A stretch of 64,000 nucleotides of DNA from Paraphysomonas bandaiensis (Eukaryota; Protista; Chrysophyceae): contig CBFFRP010000398.1 in the NCBI GenBank assembly GCA_965644295.1, positions 50,649 to 114,648 on the forward strand, given 5' to 3'. Under the pieces are notes generated by a model. The model was not told the origin of the DNA and did no database searches. It was given only the letters and a program-made list of their open reading frames with translations. The position numbers and the translations under genes were made by a program. Positions within the stretch are counted from its first letter, which is position 1. Every line of letters begins with the position of its first letter. Below, one piece after another: positions 13,701 to 26,862 of the stretch.

Positions 13701-16700
13701 GTCAAAATCGCTTGGAGGGACTTCAGTGACACATCAGTAGCACAGAAACTCCTGCGGAACATATAATCTCGTTGAAGGAGAGTACCCAGTAAGCGCAAAC
13801 AGAAGGCGTTGGTGGCTACGTCCGTGCTCTTCTCTAGAATAACAAGAAACCACTGTGGTGTAAGGACAGAGCTGAATAACCCTGTAATCTCCGCTTCCGT
13901 CAGATGCTTCCCATTGACACTCTTACTCCGTGCAGCAGCATGATGTGGTTCGTCCGAATCGAGGTGGACAACATATAGCTCTCGCAAAAGACGAAGCAAT
14001 CCCACACGAAGGGAACCTCCAGTGGTAAGCACGGCACTATCTCTGTCTCCTCGTCCACTATCTCTGACAGAGTCGGTCGATGGAGTCTCCTGCACTGCAC
14101 TCGACGAAAACGATTTTCTCTTGTGAATATGGTGGTTAGATAAGTTGTCATTCACCACAAGTGTTCTTAAAATAGCATTGGCAATCTCTGCAATATCAGT
14201 TTGCCTAAGATTGTTCGTCACCATTGCTCGCAAAACATAAATCGCATTCGAGAGGAATATATCAAGTGAGTCGCGACTACTAGCCGCTTCCATAACAGTG
14301 CGACACCGCATTGTCCAGTGACTATGGTCACCCTCAAAAGTGTCGTTGGAGGACGAAACAGTTGACCCCATACATTTGGCCGACTCATCTGCAGCAAATA
14401 TGAGCAAGTGGATAATCCATCGACCCAACCCCAGCAAGCTCATGCGTTTGGCATTTAGAGCTGCGTGTCTCGCATCCTCGCACACCAGACTACGGAACAG
14501 GCCTATGATGTGAGCGGCAAACCGTGGCCGTCGTATATCCCATATTTGGTGATTAAGGAAGAAGTGATAGAAAGCCAAAGTGTCCACAAGAAGAACACTA
14601 AAAACAGACGAGTTAGATGACTTCAGACCCCTGTCTACTGTCCACGAAAATAGACACTCTACAACATCTTCTGTCAAGAGTGCCTTCGGTTTTCTGCTGA
14701 GCAAATAACTCAAGATACCATAGCCATGAGTGTGCATATATTTCATATTCGAGGAATCTGGTCTAAAGCACTCCTTTAGGAGATTCAGGGATAGTAGAAG
14801 CTGTTTCTCAGATGAGGCAGCGTGAACCAACGGCAGCAAAACTGCAGGCCCTCCCAGGGAACCGATGCAATGGGCCACAGAATCGACTCGAGACACATGC
14901 CATCCGTTAATGAGTTCTGCGTAAGGTAGCATTGTTTGCTCAGATGCGGAGTTGTGCATCTTCACTCTGGCAGTGCTTCTAAATGCGAAATCCGAAGATG
15001 AATTGACTGTCTCAGCTGAAGTTGAGCTATATGCAAGTACCGGAACTGGACAAACCGGCATATCAAGAGTAAATTCATCAATACCACCCTCTAACAATGG
15101 CACTACGATTAACTCCATTCCCTTGAGACCCAGGGATACCATTAGTGTGTCCATATCTAAAAAAGTAGAATTGCATTTGCAGAGCATGTCAGTAACCACA
15201 GTGGATATTGAGTCCTCCAACGGCGATTCCCCTTGAAATATTCCAGTGTATGTGGGCCCCTTTGTCATAATTCTCGACACTTGAATCTGAGATAGCGCAT
15301 CGTCAAAAAATAAGATAGGACCAATATGCCAGAGTTTCATGAGTTCCACTAATCCCACAGAGCAATGTTCAGTGAAGGGGTCTGGAGTTTTTTCCTGCGA
15401 ATGCCAAGTCTTGGATGTTCTACTACCAGATGCAGAATCTGGTCGTTTACTATCAGCATGCAAACGATCTCCAGTTAGAGACTTGCCGACATATATATCA
15501 ACGGATGGGCCTTGCACAGGAACCTCGGCTTCAATTTTATCAGAGAAAATTGATTGCCCATCGAAGAACACACTCATGGTTACTTTTGAAGATGTAACAA
15601 CTCGCTTCGACTTCTTCATCGTAATAACAATCAGGTGCCACTCGTGTTCACTTATATACGGGACACTGAAGCTGATAATATGCGGCTGCTTCCCACGTGC
15701 CTGAATAATGATTTTTGCAGTCGAGTCACACACATCAAATTGAACCTCCAGAACCCCTCCAGTGGCTCCTCGAACAGTGAATATTGGAACCACTCCAGAT
15801 CGTCTCTCGGAGCTCAGAGAAGGCTTCCGGTCAACAGACGGACGTCTTCCAGAATCTCCCAGCTGCGCCCAGCAAGAAAACGTGAAGCCTGACACTGGGA
15901 AAGGTTTTCCTAAGCTATGCTCTGACCAGTGCATGTGGAGGTGTGCAGGGTCGTCCCCAGAACGCCGCGACACACTCGGTCCCATAGAGGCATACGAAAC
16001 ACCATGAGATCTAGATGACGAGGTCTCTGTGAGGTCAATTAACATTTGAACACTGTCCCAATCACGTCCTGCCATCACGCCTTTCTTATCAACCACCTCC
16101 CAGAGAGGAAGAAGCTGTTGGTTTCTTTCTGACAATATCGCGTCTGGCCTCACTAAATTTCGAAGTATCGCTGCAAAATCAACGATCGTGAGATACTCTC
16201 CACATAGTGTCAGCAGCAAAGACGTAAGGGCCTGTTTCAAAGGATGACTAGAATCTCGAAGTATAGATTGAAATTTCTCAACGAACAACCTCATGATTCC
16301 AGCTCTACTCAGCAGCTGGCACCCATCGATCTGTGAGAACACATGGTTTTTCAACGACTGCACGGTCCTCAGTGCTGTAGTCTCATTAAGGTAAGGTATG
16401 ATGTCGATAACAACTGCAACTGCATCCGGGTTAGCGATCTTTATACCTCGTTCACATCCGTTGACCAGTGAAAATACAAGTTCGACACAATTATGAGCGT
16501 TCTGCGACTCGAATATACCGGTGCGACGGAGGGCAGCGGTTAAGGTGGGATACTTCACTTTCTCACGAAAATATTTCCTGTTTGCAACTGTTGCCGCTTC
16601 CGAATCATGGATAGTGAGTGCACCTGCAAGACAGAGTATCGCTGCCTTCAGACATACAAATGTCTCGTCACAATCATCAGAGTTGGCATCATTTTTAGTG

Positions 16701-18880
16701 TCCTCATCCACGCTACTCCCTTCTTCGGTCACGCGGTCAGGTTCGTCGTCTCCTGGGGAGAACGCTCCCTCTAAAGAGTCTATAGCTGATATGACGTTGC
16801 TAAATCCGTCCACTGTCTGCCACACATCACTCACTTTTTCATTTCCAAGCCTTAGAACACGAGATATACAATCCAGAACTTGACTCATTTTCTTATGACT
16901 GCCGCGCACAAAGTTAAGCAGGTCGACTAGTGTCTCAGCGTTTATCTCGTAGCAGTGCTGCTCTGCCACCGCCAGTTGTTCAATCACAGAAAGCAAGTAC
17001 GGGGAAAAAGTTGCATCTACACCGGGGCATGCGATAAGTGTCTTAGCCAGCTGAACTAGGCCACTGGCACGAAGCTCTGGTGCAACAGATGGGTGGTCTC
17101 TCAAGGTACCTACAGTAAGCTGAATGATTCGGGTATAAACCACGAACGCTTCTTCCGTCATATCAAAGTGAGGAAAGTTCTCGGCATTAGCAAGATGTTC
17201 ACATAGCATCGGACGTAGACCCTCCTTTACAAACACTGCAGCATAACGTTCCTCCCGACATATGACTTCTTCGAAGAACTGCAGAGACTGCTGCAATCGC
17301 TTGCTCGCCCGCTTCCTTTCCTCTGGTGAAGCACTGATAGTAACCACACCTTCCACTCTGCCTTTGGTAGGTGTACTCCTGCTGCGTTGAGTCTCTTCTA
17401 ACACTGATACGCCCTCACCATCCTCCTCTGTCTTGCCGACACATTGTTGCACCATGACTGATGCTGAAGCACACAATGCTAAAATCGGAAAAGTGCCGAG
17501 CCCCTCAGAGCAGACGAAGTCTGCAGTTTTTAGAACAGCCGAGGAGGACTCACGCACACGAAAAGCTGGCAAACAAAGAGTCAACATCGGAAGCAGGCGA
17601 TACTTTGGTTCTAAGATGTTGTAGTTGTCAGAGTGGCTTGAATACAGCGTGAGGAGAGAGTACGCGAGATTCTGGAGAATGAACTCGGCCCTGTGCCAGG
17701 TATCAGCCTTCACGGCAACGCGGATGCTCATCTGTCTCAATTCTGCAACACTTTCCTCTCCAGTCAAGACAGACTCTCCAGATGATCCAGATCCCTTGGA
17801 TCCTGATCCCCCACCCGAGACCCCAATTCGAAGCACAGCTTTCAGGACTCCACTCAAGACAGCGCCCACTTGAGGATGCATCAGAGGTCTATCAGCGCTT
17901 CTGGAATCTCCCACAAGCAAATTCGCAACCACATTCATTATCTTCATGCAGCGATCACGGGAAGAGTTTATCACAATATGCACGAGCAAGTCGAAACCTC
18001 CGGCAGCCTCGAACTCAGTCATGAGAACAGGAGAGAAGGCACAAGACGCATTTAACAGGCAAACAAGACATTCCGTCGCGATTATCCACATTCCACGCTG
18101 CTCTGCGGCTTTTCCTCGAAGTAATATATCTCCAGAGTGTCTTTTCCCCCCATCGGAAGACGATGATGTCGAGATTGCAGTGAGCTCCCGGAGAGATTTA
18201 GTCATAACGGATATAGTCTGGTTGTCTCGCAAGCACCAGACAATCTGAGATGTGAGACCAGACCTACACATTGCATTAACCACAGAAGCCACGTGGTCTT
18301 GAAAGTGGAGGCCTGACTCAGGAAGCGCAGATAAAGGTAACTGCAACAATTTGGTAAGGGATGGACGCAACTGCTCGATGGTCTGGTTGTGAGCGCAGAG
18401 TGTGGACAGCACAAGACATACGCGACTCGATGCTGTGACCGTAACAGAACCACTAGCCTCCTTACTAGAAGCATTACCATGCTTCACCTCCATCATTCTC
18501 AACAGCCTAAGAGAGTGCATTAGACCGGGAGCGAGATTCGCTTGACAACAGATGTCTACGTATGATGGGTGGACCATGTGGACCAAAAGTATTCCTAGGC
18601 ACCCGACTCCTCGGCTGGTGGAAATAGCATGTAAATCCTCTGGAATTGCAGCACTCTCCAACATTGCGAGTAGTCTATGAAATCCAGACATATCATCTCC
18701 GCTTAGACTACTTTGATCGCTCAATATTTCTTCAATTCCTTCAATGAGAGCACGGGCCGCTGCCAGGACAACCTGAGGAGTTGTATCCACCTCATGAGAT
18801 GGGGAATTTAAGTCAGAAGAAGAGAATCCATTTTTTGGTCGATCTTTCCAATGTGCAACTCGGTCAAATATTTTTTTCAT
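7759..18880 (-). CDS. Giant BEACH-domain protein (ARM-like repeats, ConA/LamG-like, PH, BEACH, WD40); WDFY3/SPIRRIG/Lvs-like
   Basis: BEACH motifs W..G.ISNLEYLMHLN, GRSFQDLTQYPVFPWV, YGTHYS, DVRELIPEFYF and LHNWIDLIFGYKQRG. WRLD..EGP...RKRL upstream; WD repeats at the C-terminus. First exon ~8.1 kb (18880 to ~10730), then several short introns. Confidence 0.93.
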
Positions 18881-19118
18881 CGAGAAATGGCACCTAACTT
18901 CCTTATAATAGACGCAGAGATATATGGATTATTACTCTTCCATCCGGCCCTTTTGAATACTGAATATTAGCAGAAACACGGGCAAACAAACAACAATCAA
19001 TGTCTAATATTGGATCGTGTCTAGTTATGTATCCATTGTAGTTAATATTACGATATATGTTTATAGCGAATATGTGTGTGAGATAGAAATCTGGTTTGGC
19101 TATACAGACACAGTGCGT

Positions 19119-19575
19119 GTATGTATGTATGTATGTATGTATGTATGTATGTATGTATGTATGTATGTATGTATGTATGTATGTATGTATGTATGTATGT
19201 ATGTATGTATGTATGTATGTATGTATGTATGTATGTATGTATGTATGTATGTATGTATGTATGTATGTATGTATGTATGTATGTATGTATGTATGTATGT
19301 ATGTATGTATGTATGTATGTATGTATGTATGTATGTATGTATGTATGTATGTATGTATGTATGTATGTATGTATGTATGTATGTATGTATGTATGTATGT
19401 ATGTATGTATGTATGTATGTATGTATGTATGTATGTATGTATGTATGTATGTATGTATGTATGTATGTATGTATGTATGTATGTATGTATGTATGTATGT
19501 ATGTATGTATGTATGTATGTATGTATGTATGTATGTATGTATGTATGTATGTATGTATGTATGTATGTATGTATG
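19119..19575. repeat. Perfect (GTAT/TATG)n microsatellite, ~114 units
   Basis: Directly visible; lies ~240 bp upstream of the BEACH gene ATG. Confidence 0.99.
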
Positions 19576-19815
19576 GGCTGCATATGTGAAGCTCTATGGT
19601 TTTTTCCTCATCTAAAAAACCCCACTGTGAAGCCAAAAGCTTCACATACACAGTATGCCTTCACACATAAACCGGCGTTTTTATATAATAAAAATACTAT
19701 TTTACAGGGAAATAGCCACTTTATTAGTTGTAAAACACTGTTGAATCTCCACTATTCTCCTTGAACATGGCAGCCGTTAGTGGCATATCAATATTCGACC
19801 ATAGTTACTGCAAAC

Positions 19816-20460
19816 ATGAACGAGACAGATTCAGACAGGGAAGAAGAGTTACCTCAATGGGGTAGAGGAAGTTGCCGTAAACGCCGACAGCCGTTTGTGT
19901 CTGTTGACTCCAATGCTGATAGTATATCTGACTATAAGAAGAAACGAACAGAAGCAGGAACGATATCAGCATACAAGCAAAGGTTGGCCATATTGCAACG
20001 TGGTATAAAACATAGTACCCTGAAGCTCTAGATGATGATGAAAATGTGAAGATTCCATTCCCGAAAGTCATCTGTCTGGATTACTTTGGCCATATGTAGA
20101 ACTAAACCAGGCAATAGATGGCTACGAGTTAGACATCAATGAACTGAAGAAGAAAGGACTCATGAAACCAGAAGAGGGTAAAAGTCCGTTAAATATGAAT
20201 GGCTGCAACATGTTAGTGACGAAGATGATGTTAATGGTTCCCTGTGCCATTGCAGGCAGTTGGTGGTCAGATTATGCACTTCGTTCCAAAGGTTTGGAGA
20301 TTTACAGCCAGAATTCCATTGATCTGTCTGTATGATTTATGGTTCTATGGAGATAGGGCGAGCGGAACAAAACCATATCGTCTCATAAGTCGTCGGTTTG
20401 ACATACAGAAGAGTGATATTATTGCTTTTACTCGAGCTAGTATGCGTGATGTCATTTGTT
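19816..20460 (+). mobile_element. Degenerate, internally deleted CryptonS-like tyrosine-recombinase transposon relic
   Basis: Frameshifted fragments: ...TISAYKQRL, YPEALDDDENVKIPFP...DYFGHM, IDGYELDINELKKKGLMKPEEGKSPLN (like the GY..G...EGK.P block of stramenopile Cryptons), and HFVPKVWRF...LYDLWFYGD...PYRLI (C-terminal GCR1_C-like block). The catalytic core is absent. Confidence 0.65.
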
Positions 20461-21765
20461 AATACTATCGTGAGTGATAATGGGCTGCTGCCAGATGGAT
20501 ACATGATGGATAATGGCTTTTTTCAAATGATACTATAGTGATGTTTAAGAGCTTGTGCATGAAAGACACAAACACGTGACTATGAGGGCCTAAGTTAAGG
20601 TGATTAAGCCATTAATTTACATGATTTAAGTACAATCTTAAAATAAAATTAGTTTAGAAAACTGCCGATGTAATTATTACATTGCGATTAATTTGTAAGT
20701 ACTTAGTACTAAACGAGTAGTAAAAATTACTGCAAGTGTCCATTGTGATTTGAAACTGAAAACAGTGTGTAATTTACAAAAATTCCTACTAATTCGCTTA
20801 GTAGAGTAGGTGACGGCATCGAGAAATTAAATACTTTTCGTACAATTACGAATAACTTTTGTACTCGGATCAATGTAGCAGTGGCGAGAGTTTCAAATCG
20901 AAGCAGAGTGTTCTTACAAATTCCTATATGATTAAGTCCATAGTGAAAACCAAAAAATGCGTCAATGTACACATCTAAGAGTAGGTTTCCCACGTGTTGT
21001 ATACCAGTTCTTCGAATTCGGTACCAGCCAGCACGAGCACCACCTTAATCCAGTCGGTTTATGTAGGCTTCTTCATCTAGAACACATGCATGAAATGGGA
21101 GAATGGCATCAAAGCATTTTCGCTACTACTTGATTACAGTTCTATTATTACACTCCTCTTGAAGAATAGTCTTCTGCAATCAAAACTCCTATGAATACTA
21201 TCCCTTCACTATTTAAGCTCCATGTTGCGACACCGCCCTCTCTCGCCTTATCGTTAGATGTTTGTATCTCACAGAGTGAGTCGGTCAACCTTTCCGGTAT
21301 CCCTGAGTCCTACAGCACAGAGATCTATTTTATCTACATATGGGCGATAGTCGGGAGCAACCTTCAATCGATATCTAGATATTCATTCCATGTGTAGTGC
21401 ATGTCGACATCACCCCATGCCATGATATCTACTGCATGTGTGTACCGCCATATGCAGTCACATACAAGTCCGAGATATGGGGATATCTACAGTGTATATA
21501 AAACCTGTGTATACAGGAAATATTGTACTCTAAATATAGCACTTTACACTAAAATCCTGCTATTTAGTAACTTTAAACCATGAAAATTGCACTTTTTTGT
21601 GATTTTTAGTTTCTGTGGTGGTCTATCTTCTTCAACTTCAATATGAAGTTTAGGCATAATTTTCTGCGTATATTCTCATAACAATACCATAATAGAGTGA
21701 CTGCACGTACATCTCAACTCATACAAGAACCACATTCCTTCCACATCATATAGCATCATAGAACA

Positions 21766-22875
21766 ATGATACCACTCTCTCTTCGTCTCAGACTTGGAAT
21801 TCGTAGTGTCGTGGCTCCTGTAAGGAGTTTCTCGGATCACATTCGGCCTGGAAATAGAAGTCACATCCATTTCCGTGCAACCCCTAAGCCTCATCCTCTG
21901 GGAGCAAAGAAAATCGCATCGAACTATGAAACAGATGCATATGTACAAGGAGATCATACGGGAAGACTGCAGAATCATATCTGGACGAAAGATGAACTAC
22001 AGAAAGCGATGACAACACTCTACCGACACAACCCTCAGACCATATCAGATCATGTGATGAATAAACTGGTACGCAAATGTTGTCTTATTGATATACTACG
22101 TTATAACACTTTCTCATGTAGATGTATGGTATGTATCATTCCTTCAACTTTATAACCGGATATCAGCACAAAAATCCTTCCGTGAGATCTATCGAATGGC
22201 GTCTCATAATACTGGAGTCAGTCGCTGGTGTCCCTGGGTTTGTAGCAGCAGGATTTAGACACTTCCGCTCATTGCGCACCTTAGAGCGGGATCATGGATG
22301 GATTTCGACTTTGTTAGAAGAAGCTGAGAATGAGCGTATGCACCTTTTGGTTTGTCTGCATATGTTTGAAGCTTCCTATCTCACGCGAGCACTGGTGGTG
22401 GCCGCACAGCTTTGCTTGACCCCTCTTCTAATGGGTGTCTACTTGGTGAAGCCAAGTGCAATGCATCGATTTGTTGGGTACTTGGAAGAGACTGCCTGCC
22501 ACACGTACGTCTCCATCATAGAGCAAGCGCAGGTGCCAGGAACTCATCTCAATGACGCCTGGAAAGATCTACCTGCTCCAGATATTGCCAAAGGGTACTG
22601 GAAACTGCAACCCGACGCGAAGTTTTTAGATGTTCTTATGTGCATGGTGAGTACCAGGTATTGTACCACTTGTCTTGTTTATAACCCTATATTTACAGTG
22701 TGCTGATGAGACACACCACCGCGACGTAAACCATACATTTGCGGACATGAAAAGTGACGATCCAAATCCATTTGTCGAGAAGCATAAAGAGGATGCTGTT
22801 CGGGCGTGGAGGCTCCACGAAGAACACTTGCACCGAGAGAAGTTTGTTGCGGACGAAACTAATGTTAAGGTCTAA
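21766..22875 (+). CDS. AOX: Mitochondrial alternative oxidase; 2 introns
   Basis: Di-iron motifs LESVAGVPG, EEAENERMHL, HRFVGYLEETA and ADETHHRDVNH. Arg-rich N-terminal targeting peptide. Introns at ~22069-22121 and ~22647-22698. Confidence 0.95.
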
Positions 22876-24008
22876 ATACTGTACTAGATTTCAGCACCAT
22901 CGCTTAGAGTCTAAATTTCTATAGAAGATATATTATTATACAACAGCATATTAGCGTAAAATATAATGAGAAATACGACCTATACACAAATACAATAATT
23001 TGGAATAAATTCTCGTTATATAACACTGTATGGCTATCTCACCCCGGTAATAAGAGGAAGGGTAGTTTTACTATCATATGCTACATCCAGTAGAAACAAC
23101 TAGCATATATACTAATATTAAACTGCCCTCTTCATACGTAATGGATATATAGTGCACTGTGGGTTCTGGCGTCACCCTGCCCATTTCGGTCAATGAGAAT
23201 ATAGAATGTACATTGTTTGGGCACTGTCCCGCTATAACACACCCTACTACTGCTTCGTTAATGCACTTCATAAGGCTCACTCTTCGGAAGAACTACTGCA
23301 CACTAACCCTAACTCTAATCGAACAGGACGAGGCTAAATCAACCAAACAATGTTATTAATAGTGTGTTACAAGAATTATTACGAAGCAGAAATGCCAAAT
23401 ACTGCTAGATCTATGTACTATATCCATGTAGATATGAATATCCCTTACTCTATGCCCAATACATAATATACAGGTGTACACCAAACCAGCAATCAAATAT
23501 CAATAGCAATAATAAGTAACTTAGAATCAAAACAAACGATAATAAGAGTGAAGGATCATATTTACTCAGATGCAAATGTCTAATGGATCTAACTGCTGTC
23601 GCAGTTCTCACTCTACTGTGGATAGCCCGCAAAGGTAGTGCATATACTCTCTAATACTTCATATCTAGATATGTACAGTTATTCTTGATCCATGATATGT
23701 GGAGCGGCTGTTTTCCACATACACTCTACATGTTGAGGGGGTCTGCTTAACGGCTATCACTCCTGTACAGCATATGCATGTACTGCTGTACGTGTACTGC
23801 TGTATATCCAATCTTGTTGCATTGCATACAATACCTATACAACTGTATACAAGATATAGTGTAGATGTACATGTACTGCTGTATATAGGTACATACATAT
23901 ATTGCTGTTGATGCACACAGAAAGATGCATGATGCTATACATGCATATCACACCGCCAGAGTTCAGTCCATCACATAGAACAGAACAAGTCATAAAACAC
24001 TATTACAA

Positions 24009-25258
24009 ATGTTCGTACGTTGCTCACGAATTGGTTCGATTCATGTGAGGCGTCAGGCCCGCAGCAATATGTCCACTATCGGGTTTATAGGGCTCGGTCA
24101 TATGGTACCTACTAACTGCTATATGAATATATATACTAACACCGCATACTTACGCAGGGATCGAAAATGGTTAATTATCTTCTCCTTTAAACGAAATATG
24201 ATTGAGGTGTTACTTATCTTGCAGGTTGCGAATATATCTAACGACGGACACGATTTGGTTGTGTATGATGCTAACCCCGATGCTGCCACTCAACTTGCAT
24301 CGCCTAAAGTCACTCCAGCGGTATCCTCGTCATGTGTGTTGCGGAATCTCTTCATGTTAATTTTTGTATTGTAGGTGAGTGTAGAAGAAGTTGCATCACA
24401 GTGCTCAACAATTATTTCTATGCTCCCGAATGATGCTGCCGTCAATGCTGTGTCAGCTGATATACTTAAGCACAGCCCTTCGGGAACTCTGCATATTGGG
24501 TGTTCCACGGTGTCCCCTACTACCTCTCGGAGGTTGGCTATGGAATATGCGAATGCGGGGAAATGTTTTGTGGCCTCCCCTGTGTTTGCGCGACCAGATG
24601 GACTCCAGCGTCGACAAGCAGTGTGGATGATCGCAGGGGACGAACAGGGGCGCAAGACTGCAGCAGGGCTATTGGAAAGCAGTGGACAGGTGGTGGACTA
24701 TGGATCGGATGTAGGCTCTGCGAACGTTGTGAAGCTTTGTGGAAATTTCCTCATTGCCGTAAGTTATTTCAGTCGAACCGAAATAGTGTTGTAATATCGA
24801 TGTAGTCTAGTATAGAGGCAATATCAGAGGCGATGGCACTCTCTGAGAAGCATGGCGTTGACCGTACAGAAGTTATGAAGCTTCTGTCTTCTACCATATT
24901 TGACTGCCTTATATACAAGGTCACCTTCCATTCGTACGATAAATCTGTTGGTAAAGGTGTTTGTGTTTAGGGTTACGGACAGCGCGTGTCGGAGCGGGAT
25001 CATAGGCCTGGTGGGTTCTCACTTGAGCTTGGCCTAAAGGACGTGTCTTTGGTTTCCCAAGCAGCAAGGGAGGCGGACACCCCTATGCCGTTTTTGTCCG
25101 TTCTTTTAGACCGCTTTACATCTGCCAAAGCACGAGGAAGGGGACAGTTCGACTGGTCGGCAATAGGACTCAGCGCTGGGGAGGATGCAGGAATTGACCT
25201 AGCGTCTGATATTGCCAAGAATAAGAAGGCGGTTGAAACTGGTGATGTGTATAAATAA
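24009..25258 (+). CDS. NAD(P)-dependent beta-hydroxyacid dehydrogenase (3-hydroxyisobutyrate dehydrogenase/6PGD NAD-binding family), multi-exon
   Basis: IGFIGLGHM|GSKM Rossmann motif, ASPVF, catalytic-Lys region VVKLCGN, and GFSLELGLKD. N-terminus looks like a mitochondrial presequence. Confidence 0.9.
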
Positions 25259-25839
25259 ACACGCTGCACGTTAGTCTAAAGCAATAGTCGTGGGGTAATA
25301 TATTCACAGAAATGTGGGCATGTGGTGCAAGAAATCTAATTTGAATATACTTTTTCAAATAAAATGTCGCAGGGTTCCATTATCAGATCAGGGTCGCACA
25401 TATATTATAGGAGTCGTATTTATAAATCGTAGATAACTAGTATACTAGTACTATACAACATACATTAATAAATATGATAGATGATACCATATTTTGGAGC
25501 AATCTACGGCCAAGCTTAAGGTAATAACGCTGCTCTTCAATTTTATGACCATAGTATCTCCGAAATAGAAGAATTTCGAAAATGCTTTTTGTCATGTTGT
25601 GTGTGTGAAATGACAGAGCGATGATTAAGACCACCAATTGAAGCATAAAGCACAGAGGAACTAAAATACTGACACATTATAAATCCGTACAGCACATTGT
25701 ACACTATATTAATTATGTCACATGTCAATTCTGCCGTAAAACCATTCTATTGCAAGAGTAGCTGATGTGCAACTGACTCATAAGTTCTATTTATTGAAGT
25801 AAACAATGCCCTGATATATCAACGAGATCATGATGTCGT

Positions 25840-26862
25840 TTAATTAGGATTTGAGGTTTTGAGCTGGTAAAGATCGTCTCTCTTCTGGAACCAGCAGGGG
25901 ATGCTTTGTCGCATGTCCTCCAGTGGGCCGAGATCGACCTCAGCAGACACGATTTGGTCCCTTTCCTCTGCATCACACAAGACCTCTCCCCAGGGGCTAA
26001 CAACCATACTGTGACCCCAAGCAATGTAAGAGGAACTCTCGTCCCGAGCAGGAGAGCACATCGCCACGTAAACCTGGTACAAACCTTAGATCAACTACAG
26101 CTACCAGTCGGGCTAGTGATGTTTGCAGCAGTATAATACCTATCAAAATATTACAGTTGGCATACCTGGTTATCAACAGCTCTTGCACGCTGTAGAAGCT
26201 CCCAATGAGCGGGCCCGGTGACCATATTGAATGCACCCGGGTAGATCATCATCACAGCACCACGCTGGCGCATCGCAGTGGCCAGCTCTGGAAACCTCAC
26301 GTCGTAACATATTCCAACTCCCAGCCCACCCCATCTACAAGTCGAATATATAAAATGTGTAGGAAATTAGAAATGTGACTTACGGAGTGTCAACAACAGT
26401 GATACTGTCACCTGCTGTCAGGGAGTCCGACTCCTTAAATTTAATTTTTCCTGGCACATCGATGTCAAACAGGTGAACTTTCCTGTGCTTCCCCACAATT
26501 TCTCCCTCTGGGTTGACTACAATGCATGTGTTATATATCTTGCGACCAGAGTCTAGATCCTCTAGTTCAGGAACAGAGCCGCCCACTAGCCATAGCCCGA
26601 GATTCTTGGCCTCAGTACATAACATCGACGCAGAGGGGCTGAGTGTCGGATCAGGAGTCTCTCCTAGTCGAGGAACTACCTCAGCATACTCAGGAAAGCA
26701 TAGTGTTGAGTATGGACAGTTCCAGCATTCAGGTAACACAACTAAATGAGATCCTAAAGCCTTCGCGTTCTCCAGAGCCCCCTTAGCTCGAGATATATTG
26801 AGAAGCTTATCCTTTCCAACACTAATCTGAAGAAGAGATAACTTTAATTTACGAAGTGCCAT
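25840..26862 (-). CDS. NIT2: Omega-amidase Nit2-like carbon-nitrogen hydrolase; 3 exons
   Basis: Nitrilase triad motifs [19 protein letters not shown] and [10 protein letters not shown], plus [14 protein letters not shown] and [11 protein letters not shown]. Confidence 0.9.

Noticed and set aside
10725-18480. Many antisense or alternative-frame ORFs within BEACH (likewise ECM29, the PH protein and TOP2)
   Set aside because: Shadow ORFs of long coding exons with no independent motifs.
18903-19764. ORFs of YIHT/MYVC repeats (also 62711-63454)
   Set aside because: Translations of tetranucleotide microsatellites, which lack stop codons; not proteins.
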